A DNA stretch of 64,000 nucleotides from Octopus vulgaris (GCA_951406725.2 OX597820.1:66340001-66404000), one strand, 5' to 3'. Shown: positions 39,560 through 53,965, counted from the stretch's first letter. Program-made: numbers and translations. Notes: generated by a model not told the origin, from the sequence alone.

Positions 39560-39975
39560 TACAGGGTACATTTAAATACAAGAGGTATCCATCATAGGAC
39601 TAGCTGCTCGCTAGAGAGGACAGTTAAATTCCAAACTACTATTAAGGATAAAATTTCGAAGGGAATGAAAAATAAAAGCATTTACCACCTAACTCCTGGA
39701 CCAATGATTTCAGATTTTTTTAGCAAATAAAATAATTTGCTAGGCGAAGCCTTCCTCAGCAGGTAGACCTTAGATTAAATATATATACACGAGTCAACCC
39801 AGTATATGCCCCGTGCATTAACTGTCCTCTCTAGCGTGCAGGTAGTCCTATGATGGATACCACTTATGTGTTTCAATGTACACTGTATTTATAGGAATAA
39901 TATATAGTCTATTGATTAAATTTTTATACGCTAGGCCACTGGTAATGGAAATTTCTATTTCAGATTACCCTTTTA

Positions 39976-40027
<52 letters not shown>

Positions 40028-40160
40028 GTTATTTATATATATATAAAGAGTTTTAATGAATTTTGTAACGTAAAATTTGATCAGATATCCGAAAAATTCA
40101 TATATCCGACAACCGTTCTATCTATGAAGTATCGGTTAGGAAGGAGGGAGCTTTACTACT
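39182..40160. mobile_element. Possible pogo/Tigger-like non-autonomous element hosting a nested MITE
   Basis: Left end AGTAAACTCCCTCTTATCCGGTAC versus right-end reverse complement AGTAAAGCTCCCTCCTTCCTAACCGATAC; subterminal TATCCG repeats. Confidence 0.45.
39562..39885. mobile_element. Tc1/mariner-type MITE with TIRs of about 66 bp and TA target duplication
   Basis: TA|CAGGGTACATT..GGTATCCATCATAGGACTA.CTGC.CGCTAGAGAGGACAGTTAA is mirrored at the right end, which closes CACTG|TA. Confidence 0.85.
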
Positions 40161-41363
40161 GTAACGGTTACTATCATATGCACAAGGGCACACGTTTGGG
40201 GGCGAGAATATAGTTGATTACATTGACCCTCCTGGAACTTACTTGATACTATATTTTATTGATCCCCGGATGATGAAAGATAGATTTGACCTGAGCGAGA
40301 GTTGAGCTCAAAGTGTCACCTATATGTTATTCAATACTGCAAAGCATTTTTTTTTCTCCTGAAGAATCATAATAATTACTATTCATTTTCCTTTTTAGAT
40401 TTTGTTTTCTGGCTATTTTACTTCTTCTTTGCAAGTGTACAGCTCAATAGTTTTCCCCCCTTGTGTATTTTGGCATCTTATACCCTTATACCATTGCTTA
40501 ATAAAGCCGCCATTTCTGTTTAGCTTATTCATAATAAAACTATTATTTATTTATGTACAACCCACTATATTACGTCCTGGCATCTGACTCTTTCTTTGTT
40601 GTTTGTGTAAATCACCATTTTATTTTTTGTCTGCCGAGATTTTAATGAAAAAATAAAATAACAACATTTCTGCTGTCAATATTTTGGCAACTGATGGTGC
40701 GGCGTTTTAATAAAGTAAACACTGCGTTTGAATTTTGTGTTCGAGCGACATAACCAATTTACTTCGTTGTACAATCGTAATACTCTTTTGGAACACAAAT
40801 ATTCCCCATATATACTTATTCCTGTTTGATTTTGTGCTAGTATTATTGTATACGTATAAGGTGTCATAACATGTCGCCGTGCAACCTACGAACTTGTCAC
40901 AGAGCAGTCACTTGCCAAACAAGTACGACTCCGAAATGAAGTCGCCATTTTTTTAATTTTTTACGTATTCCCACATCACGTCTCTTATTTTTTGTCTTTT
41001 TTTTTTTTGTTGTTGTTGTTGTTGTTTTTGTTTTTGTGATTGACTTAGAATCAGAGAAAACGGAACTCCCTTTTCAAAACAAAATATTCTTGGAACACAG
41101 AAGCCATGGCCCAATATGACTGCAGTCCAATGACTGGAACTAATAAAAGAAATATTATAAGAGTGAGTGTGTGTGTGTGTGTGTGTGTACAAATACACAC
41201 ACACACACACACACACAAAACACATTTGTGCATATGTTCGTGTGTGTGTGTGTGTGTATATATACATATATACATATATACATACACTTATATACATACA
41301 TACATATATATATATATATGCATACATACATATATATATACATACATATATATATATATATAG

Positions 41364-41418
<55 letters not shown>

Positions 41419-41420
41419 TG

Positions 41421-41468
<48 letters not shown>

Positions 41469-42064
41469 TGTATATGTATACACAAATACAGGCACATACA
41501 TACACTTATACAAATATGGAGAGAGAAAGAAAAAAGTTAATTTAAAACTTATATCACTCATGAATACAGCAGAGGTGTCTGCCATGCAAGTTGTGTGTGT
41601 GTGTGTAGTGAAATGTAACTAACGGAAAGGTTTCTTTTAGTTATTATATTCAAAAGAACTGGTAGGAAAAAGAGAAAAAAATTAGATCGAGTGAGACCAA
41701 GACTACCAAGAATAAGACAGACAGACAGAGAGTGAGAGAGAGCAAAAGAGAGAGAGCACGAAAGAGAGGGAGAAAAAGAAAACGAACCAGCGAATTAGAT
41801 TCATACTGAGCGGGACACAAGATATCAAAGAGGTATAGATATACAGAGAGAGAGAGAGAGAGAGAAAACAAAATTTTGAGAAGCAGAGAGAGAGAGACAC
41901 TATTGATGTGTCAAACGGTTGTCACGTCTCTTGTGTAAAGAGACTATCATCTAATTTCCTGAACTAGCTTCAGTTTGTTTCTTCTGATGCGGAGAGATCC
42001 TTGACTTGTCATGAAGTCGATCTGTGTTTTGTGCGGCCATTTTTGAACACAATAGGCGGTTGAG

Positions 42065-42151
<87 letters not shown>

Positions 42152-42155
42152 CATT

Positions 42156-42196
<41 letters not shown>

Positions 42197-42566
42197 ACAA
42201 CTTACATTTCATTCGTTCTTTGTAAAGATCTGCATAAAACATAAAATGTATGTTTTTTGTGTGGTTATACGCGTGCTTGCGTATAATCGGCGTACGAAGT
42301 ATTTATTGTACGTATCTACTATTAATGTGTTGTGTGTGTATTTGTGTGTGCGTATAGTATTAGTATGTATGTGTATGGGATTGTAAATTCTGGTATATTT
42401 AGCTACATAAAAACATGTAGGGAAGAAAATGTGGGTCTCCGCTTGCCCGTGTGTGTAGGTGTGGGGTGGTGGGGAAAGAGGTAGCGGACGGGGGTGGGGA
42501 GTGATGTGTGAAAACATAACTGTAGTCATGTAGATATAGACCGAAAGTATACACATACACACACGC

Positions 42567-42641
<75 letters not shown>

Positions 42642-42763
42642 ATGTGTGCGCCATTATATATATCTTAGTGTGAAGAAAGAGCTGCAGAGAGATAAGGGAC
42701 TTAGAAAGAGTTACCCCCCTTCTCTGTCCACCTCTCTAACGTTTCATTCTACCTCTGTCCGTC

Positions 42764-42812
<49 letters not shown>

Positions 42813-42852
42813 CTTCCACTATCTTGTCAGGGTCCGGAACGTTTAATGTTCC

Positions 42853-42865
42853 GTTGCTAGGCAAC
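42853..42865. promoter_or_regulatory. RFX X-box motif
   Basis: GTTGCTAGGCAAC in unique sequence matches the RFX consensus. Confidence 0.45.
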
Positions 42866-43156
42866 ATGCATTCGTGATCAGAGGCAAGGTTTTTATGGCA
42901 AAGTACCGAGTGAGAGAAGACAATAGTACAATTGGTAGTTTAAAGTGTATATAGTCACACTTTTGTAGTTTACTGGTTGTTAAGCGGATTTTGTTCTTTT
43001 TAAAGAATCTTCTTAGTTCGCTTCGTCTCCTTGTTATGCGTTTTCAAACATGGCATCCGATCACCTACAGACGCAGTACAAATGGTGCGTGTGTTTGTGT
43101 ATATTTGCCTAGCTATATCATTGCTTTCTTTCCTTCTCTTCTTACATACACGCACG

Positions 43157-43190
<34 letters not shown>

Positions 43191-43391
43191 GTATGTATGT
43201 ACGTATGTATGTATATGCTTACAGACACACACACACATATATATATGTAAATGTGCAATCATAAACGTAGATGCACATTTACACTTGCATGTAAATATAT
43301 ATATAAACTTGCATACGAATAGTGCGTGCATATGTGTATTTGTCTACCTACCTGTCTGTCTACTTTATTTCTTCTTCCCCTTATACGCATG

Positions 43392-43439
<48 letters not shown>

Positions 43440-44399
43440 CGCATACACACACTTATGTGTGTATGCATATGTTTACGTACATACATGTGTGTGTAAGTTT
43501 GCAATCATATAAACATACATGCACATCTATATATGCCTGCAAACATATGTATAAACTTACATATATTACATGTGATTACACACACACACACACATGCATG
43601 CATAAATACCTACTTACCTACCTATCTATCTTACCAATAAACAACCTAAGCTCACAGTAAAGAAATATCTAGAAGTAAGATTTTCAATGCAAAAAAATTG
43701 ATTTCTGATTAAATTTTTGAGAAGAAGCAAAGGTGAGAAGTAAACAGTAAGGAAAGCAGGAAAGAAGATTGATTGAAAGAGAGAATAAAACCAGAGGGAG
43801 ATGGCAGACAGAACAAGGAGAATGAAAGCCTGAGCTAAGATGTAAAGAAATAGAAGACAAACAGGCTGATAAAAGTGGAGATTGAGAGAGTAGAGAGAAG
43901 TAAGATAGAGAAACAGAGACCGCCAGAAGACAGATAGGGTTATGAAAATATATATTTATTTAGAGAGAGTTGGAGAGGAGAAAGGTAGATCGAAAAAGAG
44001 ACAACGAGACAGATAAACAAAGATGGAAAGACATATGGTGGAAAACATTTCTGCTGTCACCTGGAAAAATGAACGATTTACAAATGCCTGCGTTAGCTGT
44101 GTCAGAATAAAAATTTTCAATTCGTAGAATGCAAGTTAAATAGCAAACATCAACAATCGTGTTGCAATCTTATCACTTATCTGCTATTAAGAAAGCTTAA
44201 TTCTTGTATTTTAAATACTGAATTGTCTTTGCAGAGAAGCAGCACGAAGTCTTCTTACCCTGTGTTGTAATTGTGTGGGTTTTTTTCAGTCATTAGGCTC
44301 CGGCCACGTTGAAAAACTTCACCACTTTCAATGGTTTACTTTATATTTTCAGTTTATTCTATCGACACACCTCCTTCACCACAGTTGGTGTTTCAATCT

Positions 44400-44631
44400 T
44401 ATTTCTTTATTGCCTGCAAGAGGCTAAACACAGAGGGGGACAAACATGGACAGACAAAGGAATTAAGTCGATTACATCGACCCCAGTGCGTAACTGGTAC
44501 TTAATTTTTATCGACCCCGAAAGGATGAAAAGCAAAGTCGACCTCAGCGGAATTTGAACTCGTAACGGCAGACGAAATACTGCTAAGCATTTCGCCCGGT
44601 GTGCTAACGTTCCTGCCAGCTCGCCGCCTTA
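44400..44631 (-). mobile_element. Young SINE-A monomer with 13-bp TSD
   Basis: TSD GGTGTTTCAATCT at 44387-44399 and 44632-44644. Confidence 0.9.
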
Positions 44632-45084
44632 GGTGTTTCAATCTGGTGGTTAATTTATAGTCGTGTGATTAAGAAGTTCGTTTTACAACCACGTGGTTCT
44701 GAGTTCGATCCTACTGCCTGATAATTTAGGCACATGTTTTGTAATCGCTTTTTTTCTTATACATAAATACCTTGGTAGACGTAAATATAAATGCACGTTT
44801 GTGTGTCTTTGTGTATGTGTGCGTGCACGTTAAGAGCGATAATAACAGTATTAGTTCAAAATAATACCTTGTGTATCATGCTGAAAACGTATACATAGTT
44901 GAAAGCCTGATGAACTGCGATATTCGTCTCGAGACAGCATCTCTTATACACGTATAGCTTTCAATAATGTAGAAATATACCAGTAACCGGATAAAATCGT
45001 CTATTGCTAAAGGCGTATTACTGCTTCTTTGAGCTTCGTCAGTAGCAAATATGCACTAACTACTTCATGGTGAAACATATATAT

Positions 45085-45428
45085 ATGTGCTTACGAACCA
45101 CATTGTTCCGGGTTCAGTCCCACAGTGTGGCACCTTTGGCAAGTGTCTTCTATAGCCTCGTGAGTGTATTTGGTAGACGGAAACTGAAAGAAGCCTGTCG
45201 TATATATGTATATATATGGGTGTGTGTGTTTGTGTGTCTCTGTTCCCCCAGCATCGCTTGACAACCGATGCTGGTGTGTTTACGTCGCCGTAACTTAGCG
45301 GTTCGGCAAAAAAACAGACGGATAGAATAAGTACTAGGCTTACAAAGAATAAGTCCTGGGGTCGATTTGCTCGACTAAAGGCGGTGCTCCAGCATGGCCA
45401 CAGACAAATGACTGAAACAAGTAAAAGT
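45085..45428 (+). mobile_element. SINE-B (5'-truncated, small internal deletion)
   Basis: Family-B body and tail. Confidence 0.85.
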
Positions 45429-45905
45429 GTATATATATATATATTTATATAGGAGGGGGGGTTGTCTTAATATTCGCCTTTCCTCTTGTTTGTTTTCTCA
45501 TTCACATGCGCCATTACGCATCACACACACTCAAGCAAAATATATGTAATTGTGTGTTTCTATGTCCGTGTGCTTACAAAAACGTATGCTGGCAATTAAA
45601 TTCATTCATCTTAGCTTAGAGTTAGATTAATAGTAGAAGTCCAGCCGAGGAATTCTGTCTTCACGCTTCAAGATCAATCGCGACCTGGATTTAATATCGT
45701 CAAAATAGCAATTAGGTATAACAAATATACCGTCAAGATTAGTTACTTATGTATGTATGTGAATAGATACGTGTGTAAGTATATATAAATACAGATATAA
45801 CACTATATGTATATCGATGTGTGTTTAGATTAGCTTGTAGAATTTTATTTTGATTTATGAAAGAATTGTTGATAAAACCGTGTCTTTAGGTTATTTTGAA
45901 GCAAT

Positions 45906-45974
<69 letters not shown>

Positions 45975-46166
45975 ATATATGTTTGTGTAAATAAGTGTTC
46001 GTATATGTATAACATTTACATATAAACGTATGTATGTTTGTATGTATATTATGTGTGTGTGTGCATATATATCTGTCTCGTTATATTTCTGTCTATATTC
46101 GCTTGCTTCTCTCTATCTCTATCTATGTATCTATCTATCTATCTGTCTGTCTGTCTATGTGTGTGC

Positions 46167-46205
<39 letters not shown>

Positions 46206-46294
46206 CGCTTTGGCGTTCCAAGACTAATAACCTGCTGTAGAATTCTATGTACATATGTTTCAGAACAAAGTGTTAGTCGAGTCTAGAGCGGTAA

Positions 46295-46650
46295 TAAGAA
46301 AAAGAGATGACAGAGGGGAAACGAAGGTTATGTTATGAACTTCATTAACTGGCAGCTATTTCCACTATAAGAGGCAATGGACTCACAGTTGAGGGCCTGA
46401 ACAACATCCTATAGCTTCATCAGAGCCTTGTGTATGAATGGAGTTTTATATATTTAGTGGGGTGGGAGAAATTACATTTGTGCAATGTACAGAAAAGGCA
46501 TTTCCAGTGCGGAAGTCATTATTGATGTGTAGATCAGACTTTCTCACTAGTAGTAAACTCTGAGTCCACTGTATATCGTAGCAGAAACAGCTGTAAGCTA
46601 ATGGAGTCTATGACATAACCATTGCTTTCCCTGTGTTATCTCTTTTTTTA
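46295..46650. repeat. Old fold-back element with imperfect inverted arms of about 95 bp
   Basis: 46295-46390 aligns colinearly to the reverse complement of 46556-46650. Confidence 0.75.
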
Positions 46651-46698
46651 TGTTTGTGTCTATGTGGTTGTATGTATGTATGTATGTATGTATGTATG

Positions 46699-46745
<47 letters not shown>

Positions 46746-46758
46746 TATGTCTAACTAT

Positions 46759-46807
<49 letters not shown>

Positions 46808-47027
46808 GTCTATATTGTAATGTGGCTTTAGAGTAAAGTTTTGGCTGCTATTTCCGTTGTTGTGTTTCTTAGATACCCTAAATTGTAATTTTAATAATAA
46901 TTATTACCTTTGAAGCTTTTTATTTCCATGCTGGCCACCTACTAAGATTGGTATTTAAATAACGATTTTATCCTTATTTATATAAATTTATATACCTGTC
47001 TATATATATATATATATGCCTATCAGT

Positions 47028-47095
<68 letters not shown>

Positions 47096-47825
47096 TTATC
47101 TGTCTGTCTGTCTGTCTGTCTATCTTTCTGTCTATATATATTTGTGTGTGTGTGTGTGTGTGTGTGCATGTGTGTGTACATATATATTATATATAAATAT
47201 ACATGTATATACAAGTATATATGTATGTGTGTATGTATATATATGTATGTATATACAAGTATATATGTATGTGTGTATGTATATATATGTATGTGTATAC
47301 AAGTATATATATGTATGTATGTGTGTATGTACGTGTGTATGTATATACATGTGTGTGTATGTATGTATATACATGTGTGTGTGTGTGCGTATTTGCAGTT
47401 CGTGATGAAACGATTACCACATCATTTATTTTAAGTGTCATTTCACAGCCATTCAGTGTCTTTAACGTCTTTTTTTCAAAATGTCTGCTGGTATTCACTT
47501 TCTCTTCGCTTTTGACAATTTGACAATTCGTGTCACACTTTGCTTCTTGTTTGTTTTTGTAGCCCAACATGCTTGCGAACATACAATATATATACATACA
47601 TTTATTGATACAAACATATGTATCCGTGTGTGTGTGTGGATACTTACACGCGCACACACTTGCATATATATGTATGTATGTATGTATATACATGTCTCTA
47701 GATAGATCGACAGATTTACATACTCAGTCGCACATATATATACACACGCGTGAGCGCATTTATATATAATCTTGCATGCCCAAACATTTTCTCTATACGT
47801 ATATATATAATTCGTATGCATATAT

Positions 47826-48246
47826 ACCCTTTACTCTTTTACTTGTTTCAATCATTAGACTGTGGCCATGCTGGAGCACCGCCTTTAGTCGAGCAAATCG
47901 ACCCCAGGACTTATTGTTTGGAAGCATAGTTCTTATTCTATCGGTCTCTTTTGCCGAACCGCTAAGTTAGGAAGACGTAAACACACCAGCATCGGTTGTC
48001 AAGCGATGTTTGGGGAGACAAACACAGACACACAAACACACACACACAAACACACAACAAACACACACATATATACATATATACGATGGGCTTCTTTCAG
48101 TTTCCGTCTACCAAATCCACTCACAAGGCTTTGGTCGGCCCGAGGCTATAGCAGAAGACACTTGCCCAAAGTGCCTCGTAGTGGGACTGAACCCGGAACC
48201 ATGTGGTTGGTAAGCAAGCTACTTACCACACAGTCACTCCTACGCC
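47826..48246 (-). mobile_element. SINE-B, full length
   Basis: Near-identical to the reverse complement of 54398-54822. Confidence 0.9.
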
Positions 48247-48396
48247 TATATATAATTCTGTTCGTATGCGTATACGCTTGTATGATATTTTCGATACCGA
48301 AAGACACAGAAATACACGTGCGTTCATAACTCCATATACGTACATTTTACATACATAGAAATATGGGTATGCATATCATGTATATAGCTGTGTTTG

Positions 48397-48429
<33 letters not shown>

Positions 48430-49101
48430 GGGCATATTTGCGTATGCAGACACACAAAAACACACACTCACACACGTCTATTGATAAATTTCGTATTAGT
48501 TCTTATCTCAATTTATCTGCGTCAATATTTTCCAATTTTTCGTGTTATAAAAATGTGTATGACACCTAACGTTCTTTACGTGTTTCGCGTAATCGCATTT
48601 GTGTATGTACTTTATACGCTCGTATGTGTGCATGATTCGCTGCTAGAGATAAAATGTAGAGCGCTGTTGGAGAAGAGAAGAGGTGGAAGGGAGAATTGTA
48701 TAAAAGAGCGGGGAATAAGTACGTGTGTATAATTTTGCTGCTTTCAAGTTGTAGACGTTCTCCGAGGTCTTTTTGCTTAATAAACAACGGAGATTACGAG
48801 CCGACGACGGAGCTAGAAAATATTGTCCAATCACCCTTGTTTCATAAATACACGCACATATATCTTACTGTCGTTAAAAAAAAAAAAACATGCAAAAACA
48901 TATATAAATAAATGTAATCTTATGTACAGTTTAAAATGAAAAGCACAGACTAGTAACAGTTGTTCAGTGTTAGAACACACAGACCAATAGGCCTGATTGA
49001 TCACGTTTGAACTCCGGCTTAGCTAGTTTTCCCCCGAACCAACGGTCTCGCGTAACCTGCTGAAAATAGTAACCAAACCTATCTCAAAGTACGCTCTGCT
49101 G

Positions 49102-49268
49102 CACTACCGTAGCTGGAGAGGGCGATCCGCCCCCAGGCCGCACTTTTATGGGGGCATTTTTATGCAAACTTTAGAGTCTGCTGATGGCGATATGTAATTT
49201 TCATGGGGACTCGGGGGCTGCAAACCGAAGGGCCGCCCCAGGTGGCACACACTCTAGCTACTCAAGTG
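49102..49268. mobile_element. Small GC-rich hAT-like MITE remnant
   Basis: Degenerate TIRs CACTACCGTAGCTGGAG and CTCTAGCTACTCAAGTG; internal GCCCCCAGG repeats. Confidence 0.45.
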
Positions 49269-49469
49269 CCCTCTGGTCTTGTAAACATTACCTGTCTCTA
49301 TCGGCTTCACTATAGTTTTCTATGCGCGGATGTGTGCATATAGTACATACATACATACATACATACACACACACACATATATATATATGTATATGTATAT
49401 ATATATGTGTGTGTGTTTGTGTGTCTATGTGTAGAGAGAGAAGGAGGGGGAGGGAAAGAGAGATGGTTT

Positions 49470-49850
49470 GCTTTTACTTTAGTCATTGGACTGCGGCCAT
49501 GCAGGGGCATCGTCTTGAAAGATTTTCAGGCGAACGAATTGACCTCAGTACTTTTATTTTTCAACTGATACTTATTCTATCGGTCTCTTGTTGCCGGGAC
49601 AACCAAGTTACGAGAACGTAAACAAACCAAAACCGGTTGTCAAGCGGTGATGGGAGGACAAACAAACACACACACACACAAACACATGGCGGGCTTCTTT
49701 CAGTTTCCGTCTGCCAAATCCATTCACAATGCTTTGGACGGCCGGGAACTGGTAAGTAGACGACACTTGCCCAAGGTATCATCACACAGTGGGATTGAAC
49801 CCGGAACTATGTATGTGGTTGGGAAGCAAACGTCTTAGCACATAGCGATG
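49470..49850 (-). mobile_element. SINE-B (older copy)
   Basis: Family-B blocks in the expected order. Confidence 0.8.
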
Positions 49851-50530
49851 GACAGAGGAGCGCTTTTGATAATGTCTGCTTAATACGAGCTAACGTCGGG
49901 GTTAAACGAAATAGCAACAACTGCAAACATCCGCTTGTTTCTGCGGATGCTGGCATTTGTTTGGTTTCTTGCTGTCTGACGTTTGAGATTAGCAAGCTTC
50001 GTCTCACTCGTTTTAATTAGCTCAAAGTTATTAACGCCAATTATATTTTTTAAAGACCTAATAACCTAAATGTGATTAAATTAAATGTTTCAATTTTTAA
50101 TTTACAATTTGCTCATTCAATTTAAAACGCAATCTTGGGATTAAACGGGATGTGGTAGTTTTGTGTTAAACCTTACGTGTGCGTAGATAAGGTGGAAATG
50201 TGTTGCTTATTTAGCCACGGGTTAACCATGACTGAGAAGATTACGGGTTGATCAAAGGAATTCCACTCGTGACTATCCCGTCATTTTTATCAAGTATTGC
50301 GCATCAAGAACCTCAGCATAGCTAAATGTTTAACCCTTTTTACTGTGTGGAAAGCAGATATATCTGTTGGTAATTTCATTACCCTTAACTGCAGAATGCA
50401 GTTTTGTATAGCAGTCTATCGTTTGGTTGAGAAGTGTCATGTTCAACGCTATTTTTTGTTGTTGAGATATGTCGAGTTTATTAAGGTATCGTGACTTGCA
50501 GAAAATACCAATTATATTTTTATGATAGAT

Positions 50531-50952
50531 ACTCTTTTACTTTTTTACTCTTTTACTTGTTTCAGTCATTTGACTGTGGCCATGCTGGAGCACAGCCTTT
50601 AGTCGAGCACATCGCCCCCCCCCCGGACTTATTCTTTGTAAGCCTAGTACTTATTCTGCCGGTCTCTTTTGCCGAACCGCTAAGTTACGGAGACGTAAAC
50701 ACACCAGCATCGGTTGTCAAGCGATGTTGGGTCGACAAACACACAACGATATATATACACACATGCATATATATATTTATATATACATACGACTGGCTTC
50801 TTTGAGTTTCCGTCTACCAAATCCACTCACAGGGCTTTGGTTGGCCCGAGGCTATAGTAGAAGACACTTTCTCAAGGTGCCACGCAGTGGGACTGAACCC
50901 AGAACCCTGTAGTTCGTAAGCAAGCTATTTACAACACAGCCACTCCTTCGCC
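50531..50952 (-). mobile_element. SINE-B, full length
   Basis: Head, CORE-like block and (GAGTAAAA)n tail are all present. Confidence 0.9.
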
Positions 50953-51599
50953 TATATTACATTAATTTTGCAATAACCATAAAATTTAATCGTTTCTGCT
51001 AAATTTTGTAGGGAGTGAGGCTAGTTGATTATATAACTGGTGGTTACTTTATCGACCTCAAAAGTCTTAAAAAGTAAGTCCTACTTCTGTGGAATTCGAA
51101 CTCAGAATGTAAAGCTGAAAGAATTCCAATAAGCACTTTGTTCAGCGTGCTAACAATTCTTCCACCTCGCCGACTTTATCATAAAATTTGATTTTGCAGT
51201 GCAAAGGATTAAGATACATGCACGACATATTCCCAGGGGCAGAGAAATCCTGGCATCTGTACGTAGTACGGAGACTCTTCGAGGAAAAGAATATCTTAAC
51301 TGGGAATCGTACAAGAATTAGATCTAAACAAGGTCGTGTTGATCTAGACGTAATTCCATTGTAGCGTTTGAGAAGATTAAGCATTGACAAACCTTTCAAA
51401 GACAATTTTATAATTAGTTTAACAACCTCTTATAAAGCTTTTAACTTTATGGAAAGAGAAAGAAAAAAAAAACTAATAAAGTTCCATCTTTTATCATTTT
51501 TCAGTCATTAGACTCCGGCCATGCTGGGGCACCGCCTTGAAGAATAAGTTTGAACGAATCGACCCAATTACTTCTTTATTTCATTTAATTTGCCACAAG

Positions 51600-51805
51600 G
51601 GCATCACACAGGTAGAAGCTTTGCGGGCTGGACACGGACATTGGTGGGATGAATGGTGAAGATGCCGACGACCGCTTTGTTCAAAGCCTCCCTGGACCTC
51701 AAGTGGCCTGAACTCTTTACATGAACACCACCCTGTACTTAACTCCATGTCCCCCTACATGGCCTTGCTATTTGCTTTTGAGCCAAATTAACTAACTAAC
51801 TAATA
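51600..51805 (+). mobile_element. CR1-like LINE 3' end with (AACT)n tail
   Basis: Translation VKMPTTALFKASLDLKWPELFT* resembles the CR1-clade C-terminal FKxxLDxxW; short 3'UTR ends TAACTAACTAACTAA. Confidence 0.6.
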
Positions 51806-52506
51806 ATGCAAAAATGATGATGATGGGAGAAGACGAAAAGCGCCCGCCGACTTTCGCTTCTCTAAAACATTGTTCTTTTTTCTTTTTTCTAGAAAACACA
51901 ATGAGGCGGTGAACCTCTTACATGGGAGCGCAGTGTTCGGAGTTCTTTCTTTTTTTCTTTTTTGAAGCACAGCGGGGCTGTGGACCTCGTACATTGCACA
52001 AAGAGTCACGTATTTGACCCAATCACTTCTTATCACATAGCTGCGCCTGCACTTATAATATTATAATATAAATAATTTTTAAATAGGGGTTCCCTTCCAG
52101 ATTGATTGATTATATTTCAAGGCGTGGGAAAGGCAAACACAGGGACTTACTCTGAGCAGCATGAACTTAGTCTACGGGTTCGAAAATACCCAATAAAATC
52201 CGGGGAAAATGCTACATTAGATTTTTGATTTGATGAAGACTTAGCGTGCAATTTCTTGCCTGCATCTTGAGTAACGACATAAAAGCTACAACGAAGGTCC
52301 GTACACGTTCCAGCGATGACCCTTCCTTCTTCATCTCGGGCGTATATTGGACAGCATAAACCAATGGATGTTTATCTCCATTTCCAAGACAGTAGTGTAA
52401 TTTTCAGAAAATTCGGCTGTTATTTCTTGCAAGTTGAGCGACAGCATAGAAACTCCAGTAGTGTGTGTGTGATAATATATGCAGCAGCAGCAGCAGCAGC
52501 AGTAGC

Positions 52507-52540
<34 letters not shown>

Positions 52541-52957
52541 TCTGTTGTCTCTAGTCTTCACGGGGGCAGCAAGAGTTCTTTTTCTTATCATATCATCGTT
52601 TATAAGAAGGGGCTCCGAAGCTGAAGTGGTTTAGGGCGCCAGAATACCTGGATGCGTGTGCGTCGGGGTTTGTGGTGTTGGTGTGTGTGCTTGTATTTTT
52701 ACACACGGACAATTTATTACACACAAAGCACATACGCACTTAGTTACATGCTTGCTTTCATGTAGACATCTATACATACATGTGTAAGCATGCGTAGACA
52801 TGTCTATTAATGTCTGGATGTTCTACTTAAATACATCGCTGTGCCACACAAGCACTTTAAACATTATATATATATATATGTTATATATATATATATATAT
52901 GTTATATATATATATATATATATATATATAACATATATATATATATATATTATGTTT

Positions 52958-52991
<34 letters not shown>

Positions 52992-53561
52992 CATTCCTTA
53001 TTTTTTATTCTTTTACTAATTTCAATCATTGAACTACAAGACATACTGGGGGGCACTGATCATATCGACCCCCCATTGGTTACCCCGGTTTGGTCCTTAT
53101 TTATCTCAAAATTGCCGAACATCGCTGAAGGAAAGAAATATTAATAACATGGGTTTTTACGCCGGTGAAAATATAAACACATACACACGTTCGCGCGCAC
53201 TTGTTTTTTTTGTTTTTTTGTCAAAATGAATCTATAGTCCCGATCCATATCTATATAATATAATGTGTGTTTTTGTATATATTCTTCGTTTGGCAGCTCT
53301 GGAATAACCCGCGTGAGACAGCCTTAAGTTCTGTGATACAAACTGTTTTGAAGTGATCTGATTTTAAAACATTCCATCAAAATTTTATCTTAATTTATGT
53401 TCCATAAAACCCGCTTTATAATGACTTATTTTACTGAATTCTTCGTCGTTTCCAAAATAAATAGTAACAAAGGCAGTGTGTTTCAACAGAAACAAGGTGG
53501 CAAAAGGTATTGCTTGGAAGTCTACTTGGGAATATTTTGCTCCAAGATAGCTCGCTATAAC

Positions 53562-53965
53562 CTGAGGTGGGTTATGACTCAGAGAGGCCCTAAGCACTTA
53601 AAAGATTTTGGTGCCCCCATATGCATGTAATTCAAAATATAAACAATAATACCATAAAATAAATTCATATTCTTCAAAATGAAATAGAACTAACAGTAAG
53701 ATGGAAAATAGCAACCAAGTTTATTTATATTTCAAAAGTTTTCTCTCACCTTTTTTAATAGCAAAGTCTTTGATCAGATCCTTATTATGGTGCCGTGAAC
53801 ACTTCGAATTTATATTTCCGATCATATAAACCACTTTGAATATTATTTTAGCAAGTTTAAAGTGATTTCTTTTGTGCCGTAAACTATTTACAATTTCTGT
53901 GGTGCTCCCTTTCCTTTGATGCCCTAAGCACGTGCTTATTTTGCTTTATCGTTAATCCAGCAGTG
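53562..53965. mobile_element. hAT-like MITE remnant
   Basis: Subterminal GCCCTAAGCAC occurs twice; right end GTTAATCCAGCAGTG; AT-rich interior. Confidence 0.45.

Noticed and set aside
44931-44951. Resemblance to the Nextera/Tn5 mosaic end (GAGACAG, TCTCTTATACAC)
   Set aside because: Only a 12-nt partial match with the wrong flanks; not enough to call contamination.
51190-51365. Plus-strand acceptor followed by a 54-codon open frame
   Set aside because: No recognisable protein, a weak donor, and the acceptor adjoins a SINE end.
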